From Octopus sinensis (Eukaryota): a DNA stretch of 64,000 bases. The notes under the pieces were generated by a model. It saw nothing but the letters and a program-made list of their open reading frames with translations, ran no database searches and was not told the DNA's origin. The position numbers and the translations under genes are program-made. Below, one piece after another: positions 13,640 to 26,759 of the stretch. Numbering within the stretch: position 1 is the stretch's first letter; every line of letters starts with the position of its first letter. The DNA lies in the NCBI RefSeq assembly GCF_006345805.1, contig NC_043024.1, positions 3,658,001 through 3,722,000 of the forward strand, in the 5' to 3' direction.

Positions 13640-14278
13640 ATACAGTTGCAAGACAATGGCACTTTCTCGGGGGAGATATTTCTCAGCAGATTCCTTCAAG
13701 GAACTGCACTGGGCCCCCTCTTGTTTGTGATGGCTCTTTCTCAGACATGCCCTCTACCATACAGTCAACCACTCTCACCATCCATGCTGTTGATACAAAA
13801 GCATTACAAGTGGTCAAAGACACTGATGACATCCTAAAACTGCAGAAAGACCTCAATGCAATTTACATGTGAGCTGATGAAAATAACATGCAGTTCAATG
13901 CCAAAAAGTTTCAAACACTCCACCATCAGCCCACAAATTGACTGCAATCGGAATACATGGGACCAGGGCATAGTGCACACCAGAATCAGAGTTTGTGCAT
14001 GACCTGGGAATCCACATGAATAATGATGCAATGTTCCACGTGCATATTACCTAGATGGCAATACTATGCAAGCGAGTTGCTGGATAGATTCTGAGATCAT
14101 TCAGTACCAAGAAAAAGGATACCATACTACTCCTATGGAAAACTTTCTTTCTCTGCCCCAATCATGGTCACCACAGAGTGCCACACTGGTGGCGGAACTC
14201 AAGACAATTCAGTACCACTACAAAAAGAAAGTTGATTCAGTGCAGTAGATGAGCTATTTAAAGAGGCTTAAGAAACTG

Positions 14279-14280
<2 letters not shown>
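13640..14280 (+). mobile_element. Degraded CR1-like RT fragment
   Basis: QGTALGPLLF; LQKDLNAIY.(W)ADENNMQFNAKKFQ; frameshifted. Confidence 0.7.
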
Positions 14281-14316
<36 letters not shown>

Positions 14317-15227
14317 GAAAGAAGGTTTGAAAATGCAATTTAAAAGATGTTTATTTACTTAACCGGTTTCACTCTTTGGAAAAAGATTGTCAAAAGTAAC
14401 ATAGAATATTATGAATTCAAAAAAGTTTTTTACATAATTGCCACATTGAATATTATGAATTCAAAAAAGTTTTTTTACATAATTGCCACATTACATGTAT
14501 ATATATAGTCTTTGGTAACAGGGACATGTTAAGGACATAAAGAAGTTCAACAGTGTGATGAGAATATTTGGAAGAATGGGCAGAAAAGAATAAAACAAAT
14601 ATATTATTGGAAGTTTGGTTGCGTTAATTATTGGTTGTTGCAAATTGTCACATTACATGTATATATACAGTCTTTGGTAAAAAGGACATAGTACAACAGT
14701 ATGCTGAGAATATTTGAAAAATTGGCAGAAAAAATTAAAATTAAAATGAATATATTAAACATCTCAGGGTCAGTATAGAATATTATGAATTCAAGGCGAG
14801 TTTGTTTACTGACCTGTTCGTTTTAGCAGAAATGTTGAATTGAGAAAAAATGTACCCGTTTTTTTCTGTTAATTTTCTGTCAAGCGTCTGCGTGTGTGTG
14901 GGGGCTATTTTTGAATGGTTTCAGGGTGGCGAAAATAGATGTGTTGTTTAAAGAGTTTTTTGGGGTAGGATGGTGTGTGTATATATGCGTGTCCGCCCGT
15001 GCGCACGCGCGTGCGCGTCTACGCATGTGTGCGGGCCATACACACATACCACACATGAACTGAGAAAAAATGTACCCGTTTTTTTCTGTTAATGGCTTTC
15101 CTTCAAGCATCAATGATTTTGGGGTTATCATGAGGTGAGTATGTGTTGAATTGAGAAAAAATGTACCCGTTTAAATATATATTTATATCATCATCATCAC
15201 CATGTACCCGTTTATATATATATTTAT

Positions 15228-16975
15228 ATCATCATCATCACCATGGGTTGAACGGTTCGACCAGGGATCTGGGAAGCCAGAAGGCTGCACCAGGCTCCAG
15301 TCTGATATGGCAGTGTTTCTACAGCTGGATGCCCTTCCTAACGCCAACCACTCCGTGAATGTAGTGGGTGATTTTTACGTGCCACCAGCACAGGTGCCAG
15401 GTGAGGCTGGCAACGGCCACAATCGGATTGGTGCATTTTATGTGCCACCGGCACGGAAGCCAGTCTAGGCGGCACTGGCTTCGGCCACATTCAGATGGTG
15501 CTTTTTATGTGCCACCGCCACAGGGATCACAACTGCAGTTTCCATTGATTTTGATGTTGGTGTACTTGACTCAATGGATCTCCTCAAGCACAGGGTCGAA
15601 ATGGTGTTTTTTCACTTGCCACCTGCACAGGAGTCAGTCCAGCGGTCCTGGCAACTGCCGGGTGCCAGTCATAAGATTGGTTCAATTTCGATTCCGATTT
15701 CACTTGCCCCAACAGGTCTTCGTGTGTCCAAGGGAGGAAAGGCATGCATAAGTGGGCTGGCTACATCCCTGGCAAGGGACACGGGATGGACTCACTTGTA
15801 CTGCTGGGTCTTCTCACGCACAGCATATTTCCAAAGGTCTCGGTCGCTAGTCATTGCCTTGGTGAGGCCTAAAGTTTGAAGGTCGTGCTTCACCACCTCG
15901 TCCCAGGTTTTCCTAGGTCTACCTCTTTCACGGGTTCCCTCAACTGCTAGGGATTGGCACTTTTTCACACACCTATCTTCATCCATTCTTGCCACATGAC
16001 CGTACCAGTGCATTCGTCTCTCTTGCACACCACAGCTGATGCTTCTTAGGTCTAACATTTCTCTCAAGGCACTTACACTCTGTCGAGTATGTACACTGAC
16101 ATTACACATCCATCGGAGCATACTGGCTTCATTCCTCTTGAGCTTACGCATATCCCCACCAGTCACGGCCCATGTTTCACTGCCATGTAGCATGGCTGTT
16201 CGTACACATGCATCATACAGTCTGCCTCTTACTCTGAGCGAGAGGCCTTTAGTCACCAGCAGAGGTAAGAGCTCCCTGAACTTTGCCCAGGCTAGTCTTA
16301 CTCTAGCAGTTACACTTTCAGCACACCCACCCCCGCTACTGACTTGGTCACCTAGATAACGGAAGCTATCAACTACTTCTAGTTTTTCCCCTTGGAAAGT
16401 GACGGAAGTTGTTTTCTGCAGATTTTCAGTGTTTATTGCTCTTGAGCATCTGCCACATACAAAAACTATCTTCCCAGTTAGCCTTCCTTTGACATTGCTG
16501 CACCTCTTATGTGTCCATAGCTTACACTGGGTACATCTTATAGAGTTTCTACCTATGCCTTTTCTACAGATCGAGCAGGGCCATCTACCTGAAGGCATTT
16601 GTGGTTTGTCTACCTTCCTACTTATTAGGACTTTGGTTTTAGCTAGGTTGACTCTAAGGCCCCTTGATTCTAAACCCTCCTTCTACACCTGAAAATTCTC
16701 CTCCAGTTCTGATAGTGACTCAGCAATTAGAGCAAGGTCATCAGCATAGAGGAGCTCCAGGGGCATCCTGTCTTGAATTCCTCCGTAATTGCCTGGAGGA
16801 CTATGATAAGTAGGAGGGGGATGAGGACTGAACCCTGGTGGACCCCAACCTCTATCTTGAATTCTTCAGTGTACACGTTGCCAACCCTAACTTTACTTAC
16901 AGCATCTCTTGCACAGCTCTCACCAGCCATTCATCTATCCCTAGTTTCCTAATTGACCACCAGATAAGGGATCGG
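15228..16975 (-). mobile_element. 5'-truncated RTE LINE copy, same family as 17880-22217
   Basis: ORFs 15792-16598 and 16727-16930 are near-identical in protein to the RT C-terminus of the full copy; same 3' UTR and (GAT)n tail. Confidence 0.92.
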
Positions 16976-17879
16976 ATATATATATATATATATTTTTATA
17001 TATAACAAATTGAGATAGGGGTTGTGAGTGCAACTCACCATGGGATAACATATATCCAATATACTGCCAGTAAAGCACCCAACAAAGCTAATACATAAAT
17101 GTTAAGAATTGTGATGCAATTAATTCATTTATTGTATTATATGGGCGAAGGTAAAATGTTTTACCACAAATTCATAATACAAAATAAGAAAATGGAGAAA
17201 TACACCTTAATCAATAATTTTCAAAAATTTTTGAGGAAAATTTTCCAAAAATTCTTCAAAATTTCTTGGGAAAAATTGTCAAAAAATTTTGAGGAAAATT
17301 TTGAAATTTTATAATCATAGTATATATACTTTCTCACACAACAATTACAATATATTTATTTTAAATCATTTATTTATTTTAAATCGTTCATCTTTCTCCC
17401 CTATCTCTCTCACACACATTACTTTGGGTGCGAAAGAGTTTTGTTTTTATTTTACGCCGAGTAAAAAAGTGTTTTGTTAACAATCAATTTATTTAACGAC
17501 AAAGAAACAAAGAGATGAGTAACAATTTGTCAGTGAATTGCACAATATAAATGGGTACAATTTCCGAGGCTTCCACCACACCCACTTCGTTTCATGGACT
17601 ACAAAAAGGGTTTTGTAGTATATTAGGAGGCCAGATTAGTTGATTCCACACAAAAAAAAAAAACGTTTTTTTTTTCTTTGTGAAAATCGTGCGAGTATTA
17701 ATCTACAAATTGAACAACATTTTCCCATTCATTTCTGTTTATGAACATGTATGTGTGCACAAAACATGCAATAGGTGTACGTACGTACATGTGTGTTCGT
17801 GTCTGTTGCCCATATATATTTATATTATATTATATTATATATATATAATATATATAATATATATAATATATATATATAT

Positions 17880-20800
17880 CTTACTATTTTTATTCGTTGT
17901 TACTACGTTTATTCATACATTGATAACTTGATTCGTCTTACCCATCTCATTCGCTACGAAATTTAACCTTTTAGGCTACTTTCAAGCCTTCGCCATAACT
18001 TGATTTATCTTTCCTATCTCTCTCTCTACGAAATTTAACCTTAGGCTACCTCAAGCCGTAATCCTATCTTTTCCCATCTTTCCGCCATTGGCGGTGCGCC
18101 CGCCCCCCCACCCCCACCACCAATACCGATGAACACTGTTCTCACCCCCCCACCAATACCGGTGAACACTGTTCTCACCCCCACCACCAATACCGGTGAA
18201 CACTGTTCTCACCGCCACCACCAATACCGGTGAACACTGTTCTCACCGCCACCACCAATACCGGTGAACACTGTTCTCACCCCCACCACCAATACCAGTA
18301 TACCCTGTTCTCACCATCTACACCGGATACGCCCTACTCCCTCCTCCTCCCCCCACTACCCCTTCTCCTCATATGCTTTCACTGTGAAAAGACAAGCTGC
18401 TAGCGCCATAGCTCAACTGCCCACCGATCTTTGCTTCCTCCTGACACTGCCTCAATCCGACCATCCCCTTTTAGTACCTTCCGCCTCGTAATATCCTACG
18501 TTTTTATTTCTTACGAACCTACACCAATCCTTCCTGCCATCGTTCCTCCTTACCCCAACCTTCCCCACTGGTTGCTCCCCTATACTACCCGCCTCAACTG
18601 GACCCCCCCTCCCCAACTCAACTCTAGAATATCTGTATTTCTTTCCTCTACCTAATTACGTTACTCAGTGACGATAACGAATGTCCACTGCTAACACCAG
18701 CTCCTGCCCACGGCGTGGTCAGGTTGGAAGAGAGATCAAAAGAAAAATACCACGAAAACTATCACCACCACAACAACCCTCCTCTTCTCAGGCGCCGAAT
18801 CCCCCCCGTCCCCCCCACATCTCCTTCCCAGTTTTCAGAGTTGGCACTATCAATGTTGGTACATTGACAGGCAAGTCTAGTGAGATTGTAGAGATGCTAG
18901 AGAGAAGACAGGTTGATGTATGCTGCATACAAGAGGTAAGATGGAGAGATGCTTCGGCTAGGGTCCTCACGGGCAAGGCACTTAGGTACAAACTCTACTG
19001 GCAAGGTAACGCGGAAGGTGTAGGGGGTGTAGGCATTCTCCTTGCGGAGGAATGGGTGGATAAGGTCATAGAGGTTGTCAGGGTTTGTGATAGAGTGCTT
19101 AAGCTCAGGTTGGTCCTACAGAGTGGCACAGCTATGATTATCTCAGCCTATGCCCCACAAGCGGGACTACCAAATGATCAGAAGGACAACTTTTATGATA
19201 CCCTTCTGCAGGCTACTTCAAAGACTAGTAACAAGGACCTCATCTTTGTAGGTGGAGATTTAATGGGCATGTTGGGCGGGAATCGGGTATCTTCACTGGG
19301 GTACATGGTGGCTATGGTATTGGCACCAGAAATGATGAGGGAACTAGACTGCTGGAATTCTGTGATGCATGTAACCTTTCAATCTGCAACACTAACTTCA
19401 AGAAGCCAGTCTGCCACCTTATAACTTATCAGTCAGGAGACTCCGCTAGCCAAATAGACTTCATCCTCACCAGACAACGGGATGCAGGGTTGCTCTTGAT
19501 ACAAAGACCCTCCCGGGTGAAGAATGTATCCCTCAGCATAGACTAATCATCAGTGACTTTAAGCTTGAGGCCAGAAGGACTCCAAGAAACAAACCAATCC
19601 AGAAAAGAAGGATTTGGAGGCTAAAGAACCCTTCGCATGGTCAGAAATTTAGGGACATACTCATCAAGAAATTTGATGAGAGGGAGGAGGAGCTTCAGAC
19701 GTCAGACATAGAAGGTAGCTGGGAATTCCTACGGGACAGCTTGTTGAGTGCCACAGACCAAGTCTGTGGATGGTGCAAAGTCCCTTCCAGACCTAGAATT
19801 ACGTGGTGGTGGAATAGTGCAGTAGATAAAGCCATCTGTGAAAAGAGACGGGCCTGGAAAGCCTGGAAGGATGGGGGCAGCAGGGAACTGTACCAGATAG
19901 CCAAAAGGGAGGCTGGGCGGCAGGTATACATTGCCAAAGATGTAGCAGAAAAGAAGAAGTTTGCCAATGTCCAGCGTCGCGAGGATCAAAGAGCTGAAGT
20001 ATTTCGGATTGCCAGACTGTGTCAGAGAAAATAGCGATGTTATAGGAGAGAAATGTGTCCGCATGGATGATGGGGCACTTGCTTTTACTACTAGTGAAAA
20101 GAAAGAGGCTTGGAGAAGCCATTATGAAAGACTGCTGAATGAGGAGAATGAATGGGAGGAGGAGAGCCTGCCAAATGTTGACCCAGTAGAGGGACCAGCT
20201 ACCCGAATAGACAGCTCCCTTGTAGATAAGGCAATTAAGGATATGAACCAGGCAAAGCCCCTGGCCTATCAGGAATCACTGCTGAGATGCTTAAAACAGC
20301 TGGCTATGTGGGCTATGCCATAGTCACCCGCATTGTAAACCAGGTAGTTCACAATGGAGTCATACCCAATGACTGGTGCAGCAGCACCATAGTCAACTGC
20401 TACAAGGGTAAGGGTGATGCTCTAGATAGAAATAACTACAGAGGTATCAAACTGTTGGACCAGGTGATGAAGGTCTCAGAGAAGGTCATAACCAATCTCA
20501 TTAGGGAGAGAATTTGTTTAGATGAAATGCAGTTCGGTTTTGTACCAGGTAGAAGCACCACTGATGCTATATTCCTGGTCCGACAACTGCAGGAGAAGTA
20601 CCTAGCTAAAGATAAACCCCTCTACATAGCTTTTGTAGACTTGGAGAAAGCCTTTGACAGGGTTCCCCGTTCCCTTATCTGGTGGTCGATGCGGAAACTG
20701 GAGATTGAAGAATGGCTAATAAGGGCTGTACAGGCTCTATACAGAGAGGCTGTCAGCAAGGTTAGGATTGGCAACGAATATAGTGAAGAATTCCGGGTAG

Positions 20801-22217
20801 AAGTAGGTGTGCACCAGGGCTCAGCCCTCAGTCCCCTTTTATTCATCATAGTCCTTCAGGCAATAACAGAGGAATTCAAAACGGGATGCCCCTGGGAGCT
20901 CCTCTATGCCGATGACCTAGCTCTCATAGCAGAATCACTACCGGAACTAGAAGAGAAATTTCGGGTGTGGAAGCAAGGGTTGGAATCAAAGGGCCTTAGA
21001 ATAAATGTAGCAAAGACCAAAGTATTAGTAAGCAGCAAGAGGTACTCAGCACACATCCCCTCGGGTAGGTGGCCCTGCTCAACCTGTAGGAAAGGTACAG
21101 GTAGAAACTCCATAAGATGCACCCAATGTAAGTTATGGACACATAAGAGGTGCAGCAACATTAAAGGGAAATTAACAGATAAGATAGCTTTCATGTGCGG
21201 CAGATGCACAGGGACAATAGACACAACAGACACTCAGAAAACAGATTCCATCACACTCCAGGGAGAGAAACTAGAAGTAGTTGATAGTTTCCGCTACCTG
21301 GGTGACCAAGTTAGTAGCGGAGGTGGATGCACAGAGAGTATCACCACTAGAATACGAATAGCCTGGGCAAAGTTCAGAAAGCTCCTACCCCTACTGGCAA
21401 CAAAAGGTCTCTCCCTCAGAGCAAAAGGTAGATTGTATGATGCATGTGTGCGAACTGCCATGCTTCACGGTAATGAAACATGGGCTGTGACTGCAGAAGA
21501 CATGCGTAGACTTGAAAGAAATGAAGCTAGCATGATCCGCTGGATGTGTAGTGTCAGTGTGCACGCAAAACAGAGTGTAAGTATCCTGAGAGAAATTCTG
21601 GATATAAGAAGCATCAGATGTGGTGTGCAAGAGCGACGCTTGCGATGGTATGGTCATGTGCTGCGGATGGATGAAGAGAGATGTGTGAAGAAGTGCCACT
21701 CCCAAACAGTTGAAGGTATCAGGGGGAGAGGTAGACCCAGGAAGACATGGGATGAGGTGGTCAAGCATGACCTCAGAGCATTGGGCCTCACTGAGGCAAT
21801 GGCGAAGGACCGAGATCTCTGGAGATATGCTGTGACTACAAAGACCCGGGCTGCTTTCTGCAGCAATTCCACATACCCCCTACCCATTCTAAGTACCCCG
21901 GATCCCCAAAGTACCCCGGATCCCCAAAGTACCCCGATCCCCAAAGTACCCCGGACCTCGTTGCCCCCGTGCCGCTGACACGTTAAAATGCTCGAACCGA
22001 TCGTGACGATGCCGGACCCTCCGGCCCCTGTGCAGGTGGCACGTAAAAAGCACCCAATCCACTCACGGAGTGGTTGGCGTTAGGAAGGGCATCCAGCCGT
22101 AGAAACTCTGCCAGATTCAGACTGGAGCCTGGAGCGGCCCCTGGCTTCCCAGACCCGGTCGAACCGTCCAACCCGTGCTAGCGCGGAAAGCGGACGTTAA
22201 ACGATGATGATGATGAT
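17880..22217 (+). mobile_element. Near full-length RTE-clade LINE (APE endonuclease + RT + PHD-like Cys finger) in COX intron 1, 4 frameshifts in this sequence
   Basis: EN motifs: GTINVGTL, CCIQEVRW, SAYAPQ, GD(F)NGH, IDFIL, QHRL. RT motifs: QFGFVPGRSTTDAIF, FVDLEKAFD, GVHQGSALSPLLF, LYADD. 3' (GAT)n tail and a pyrimidine-rich 5' UTR. Confidence 0.93.
18120..18315 (+). repeat. ~34-bp tandem repeat (caataccggtgaacactgttctcacccccaccac x~6) in the LINE 5' UTR
   Basis: Directly visible tandem units. Confidence 0.85.
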
Positions 22218-23779
22218 ATATAATATAACCAATTTCAACGGATTTTGTCCAAATTTGACGTCGATATTACTTAGTTTAGTTTGAAATTAAGAACTTGATT
22301 AGCTTAATAATTGTAACTTAATCCTGGGCAAGGCTGGGTTATACTGCTAGTGTATATATATAAATTCACATGCACACACACACACGTGTGTATGTGTACA
22401 GATGTGCATACATGATTGTTATACAGCTCTTTACATACACAAACGTACTACTTAAAGTTCATAGCTAAGCAGGTATTTTGCTTGGGACATTTGAAAATAA
22501 CTTGTCTCAGTAATTCATCAGGTAGAAAAAAAATATGGCTATTTGTGAAAAAAAAAAAATCGAACGTGAACCAAGTGTTAATAGGGAGAAAGTGGGAGGC
22601 AGACAGTTAAGTGAGACAGTGGTGGTGGTCGTAGTTTGCTTATTTGTCAGCTAGAGATCGACTATTTGTTTTCATGTGAAATTACTAAGAAGGTTGATAA
22701 AGTGTTTTGTCAGATGCAATGAACTGTCTGATTATAAAGTCATGTAAATGCATATGGGTTTTGCTCATAATGTGTGTGTGTGTGAGGGAGAGAGAGGGAA
22801 GTCATTGTGGTTTGTTTCTTTGAGTAATTGCATGTGCAATATGGCTTAAAGAAGTGAATATGAAAGAAGAAAGGTGGCCAGCTGGCGGAAACAGCCCACC
22901 AGGCAAAATGCTTAGCGGTATTTCATCTGTCTTTACGTTGAGTTCAAATTCCGCCAAGGTCGACTTTGTCATTCATCATTTCGGGGTCAATAAATTAAGT
23001 ACCAGTTATGTATTGAGTTGATCTAATCGACTGGCCACCTCCCCCCAAATTTCAGGCCTTGTGCCTATAATAGAAAGGATTATCATTATTATTATATACT
23101 GGGATTGATGTAATCGACTGGTGCCCTCCCCAAAATTTCGTTTGGGGTTTGATTTAAATGACCCCAGTTATGTACTGGGGTTGATCTAATCAACTGGCAC
23201 CCTCCCCAAAAATTTTGTTTGGCATTTGATTTAAACGACCCCAGTTGTGTACTGGGGTTGATCTAATCGACTGGCCCCCTCCCCTAAAATTTTGTTTGGG
23301 GTTTGATTTAAATGACCCCAGTTGCGTACTGGGGTCGATCTAATCGACTGGCCAACTCCCCCCAAAAAACCTTGTGCCTAGAGTAGAGAAGAATATGTGA
23401 GAAGTGACGTTTTTGCATGTCTATCTGATCAAGATTTGGAAACGAAGTCGATTAATGTCTGTGAGATGAGGAACTGGGAGGACCAAATATATTCCAAGTG
23501 ATATGCAGAATAACTGTTATCTTACACTTGCTTTAGTCATTAGATTGCGGCCATGCTGGGGCACTGGCTTGAATGGTTTTGCCAAATCAACTCGTTACTT
23601 ATTTTTTAAAGCCTGATATTTAATCCATCGATCACATTGGCTGAACTGCTAGGTTATGGAGGACATAAACAAACTAATGGATCAAGCAATGGGAGAAAAC
23701 ACAAATACTTAGAGACACACAGATACACATACATTCATGCATGCATGCATACGTACATACATACATTATTATGGCTACC

Positions 23780-24615
23780 CCCTCATTATCGAGTATGGCC
23801 ATTGTATGAAGCTTAGCTGTTACTGGTACTGTGATCGAATGTGACTTTTTAGCCCAGCTAAAGATCTACAATGTCTTGTACAAAATTGGTAACTAAAACT
23901 TTTACCGGTAATAGCCGGCTGTAGTTGTAACTGGGCTTCATGTACCTTTGCATGTTGTTTAAGTCCTCCTGCTGAATTACACTCTCTTCCACATGCCCGA
24001 CAGATATGATTAGTATGGTGTGTTACACCACCACCAGTGGCCAGGTTGTCACTCATCTGTCTCGCTTTATGACTACGAAGATGACTCTTGAGTCCAGCTT
24101 TACTGAGGCAGGGTCTTGCACAGACACTGCATGTCAGCATCATAGGAAGACCCTTCCCATCTGGAAGTGTAACAGCGATGCCCTTCCTGACATCCCTCCT
24201 TACTTTCTCATGTGCAACTCGAGATTTCTCAAAAGTGGCTGTTCCCTCGTGCACAATCCTTCTTCACCTGCTACGATCAGTAGCTATGCCTTCCCATGTG
24301 TCAGGAGAGATGCAAGCATCTCTTAAGGAAGCCTTCAGCAAGTCCTTATACCTCTTTTTTGGTTTATGTGGAGGTCGTTCTCCTTTAGCTAACTCTCCAT
24401 AAAAGAGTTGTTTTGGCATCCTTGAATCCTTCATCCTGACCAGATGACCACTCCATCTGAGCCTTTGCTTTAACACAAGAGCTTCTATACTTTCACACCG
24501 AGAGCCTTCCAATATTTCAAGATCACTGATGCGGTCCTTCCACTTAATGCCATAGATCTGTCTGAGACACATCTGATGGAAACGTTCCAGTTGTTTAAGG
24601 TGGTATTGATATGTG
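23780..24615 (-). mobile_element. RTE/BovB-like LINE 3' fragment with three C-terminal C2H2-type fingers
   Basis: LERFHQMCLRQIYGIKWKDRI...RLRWSGHLVRM.DSRMPKQLFYGEL, then CSVC..H..H, CRAC..H..H and a degenerate third finger; one in-frame stop. Confidence 0.85.
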
Positions 24616-24618
24616 ACA

Positions 24619-24649
<31 letters not shown>

Positions 24650-26052
24650 GCAACAAGCTTCTTTCAGATTCTCTCTCCCAGATCCACTCACAAGTTTTTG
24701 GCTATAGTAAAGATACTTGTCCAAGGTTCCATCTGAAACTATTTGGTTAGGAAGTAGACTTCATATCACACAGACTGGTTTAATAAAACATGCGTGTACG
24801 AGTAAGTCTAAAGCTACTTACCATTTTGTCAAGTGAAAATGATTCTCCACATTGTCACAATTTATTTTTAATTAGTAATAGTCCTGATTATATTTTAAAA
24901 GAAACTTATATTAAGTGTTATCTAGATTTTGTGTAATATTTTTCAGGAGAGGAAATTCCAAAGCTGTTTTTGTCTTGTCAAATGAGAATGCCTCTCCATG
25001 TCCTGTCGCAAACTATCTTTAATTAGTAATTGTCCAGCTTATATTTCAAACTAGCTTAAAAGCTGCCCGATAGGGCATGGTAAACAACAGTGCCACCACC
25101 ATCGCCACTACATCTGCCCTACACACACCATTCAGACTTCTGATGCCACCACCATCAGTACCTTTAACTTCCCCGCCTTCCCCTCCATCACCATCACCAC
25201 CGTCTTTCACATTGCTTACTCTCATCCCTAACTGTCTCGGCTACCACCACTGCCTCTGCCTCTATCACAACTACAGCTCATACTATTACTATCACCCCAT
25301 TACCATCGCGAAAAGGCTAAATGTGTGTGTTCAGTACGTTACATCAACATGTGGTCACCACCTCTTTCTCTCACATACCCACTCTTTCTCTCTTTTATTA
25401 TTACTCCCACTGCTACCATCAACACTACTACTTTTAATAAAAACATCATCAACTCTCCCTAAATTTCTTTGTCTCTCTTTCTCGCCTCTCTTTTTCTTCA
25501 TCTCTCTCTCTCTGTTTGTCTGTCTTCTCCACTGCCCTCACCATATCTATGCCTACTATTACTCTCACCCCAATATGAGCAATAGTAGGAGTGTCAGTGA
25601 ATAGTGAGAGAGGGCGGTCGAAGTGTGATATACTGTCACACAGAAAGTAGTTTTCATGTTTATCATATTAGAAGAAATCAGATTAGGACATGTAGCTGAA
25701 TTTTCTGCCATGTGACGTTGAGAATGTTTCCTCTTATCTAAACATGATATTAGCTGCTATCATCGGTATTTTGCACTTTTCGGCAAAGCATAGATTGCAG
25801 GGCTCGTTTTACTCTCAAACCGGAATGTTCATGTCTGTGAACAATTCACACAAACACACACACATACACACATGTTTATACGTATATATGTGTATGTGTG
25901 TATATGCACATGACATACATGCACATATGCATATACATATATATAGATGCATTCTTGTATATTTTGAGACGTATATATATAATAGAACATTATATAATAT
26001 AAGAACATTTTATACTTACTTTATTGATATCTTTAATTTCTTCTCTTTCCAG

Positions 26053-26172
26053 CTGCTAATCCTTGCTGCTCGTTTCCATGCCAACACAGATCTGTTTGTA
26101 TGACCAAAGGATTTGATGATTATATGTGTGACTGTAGCCAAACAGGTTACTATGGCAAAAACTGTGAAATAC
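26053..26172 (+). CDS. PTGS: Cyclooxygenase exon 2 (EGF-like domain, [39 protein letters not shown])
   Basis: ttctctttccag acceptor and gtgagt donor; aligns with COX-2 [39 protein letters not shown]. Confidence 0.95.
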
Positions 26173-26759
26173 GTGAGTTATCTGCTCTTCGTTATGTTTT
26201 CTTTGTATTTTGACCAGACTGTGGGCCTGTTTAGAGAGCATCAGGGAGGGCTCCAGTTTGGTTTCTGGACATTTCCAAATGTGATATATATGGGGTTTTA
26301 TTTCAGTGACCTGAGATGATGACAAAGGGCAAAATTGAAGGCGGTCATCTCACAGAATTTGAACCCAGAAACAAAGAGAGAGAAAAAAAACTCAACAAAA
26401 GCCATTTAAATAACATAACCAAAACATTAAAATTCGACAAACTCTGGTCCCTGCCCTTACCAGTGTGTTATCTGATATGATAGCAGCAGTAGTAGATTTT
26501 ATTACAGGCACAAGGCCTGAAACTTATGAGAGTAGGGCTAGCCACTCCCATCGGCCCCAGTACTTGACTGGTACTTGATTTTATTGACCCCAAAAGGAAG
26601 AAAAGCGAAGTTGACTTTATTGGAATTTAAAACTTGGAACAGCTTCAAGTTGGACAAAATGCCATTAAACATTTTAGCAAGTGTGCAAAGGGTTCTGTCA
26701 GCTCACTGCTTTAATAATAATAATAATAATAATAATATTAATAATATTAATATTAATAA

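Noticed and set aside
25744-25765. Alternative COX first exon MILAAII-G|gtattt
   Set aside because: Phase-compatible, but only 7 codons with an in-frame stop shortly upstream, so too short for a signal peptide. 12294-12345 fits much better, though minor use cannot be excluded.
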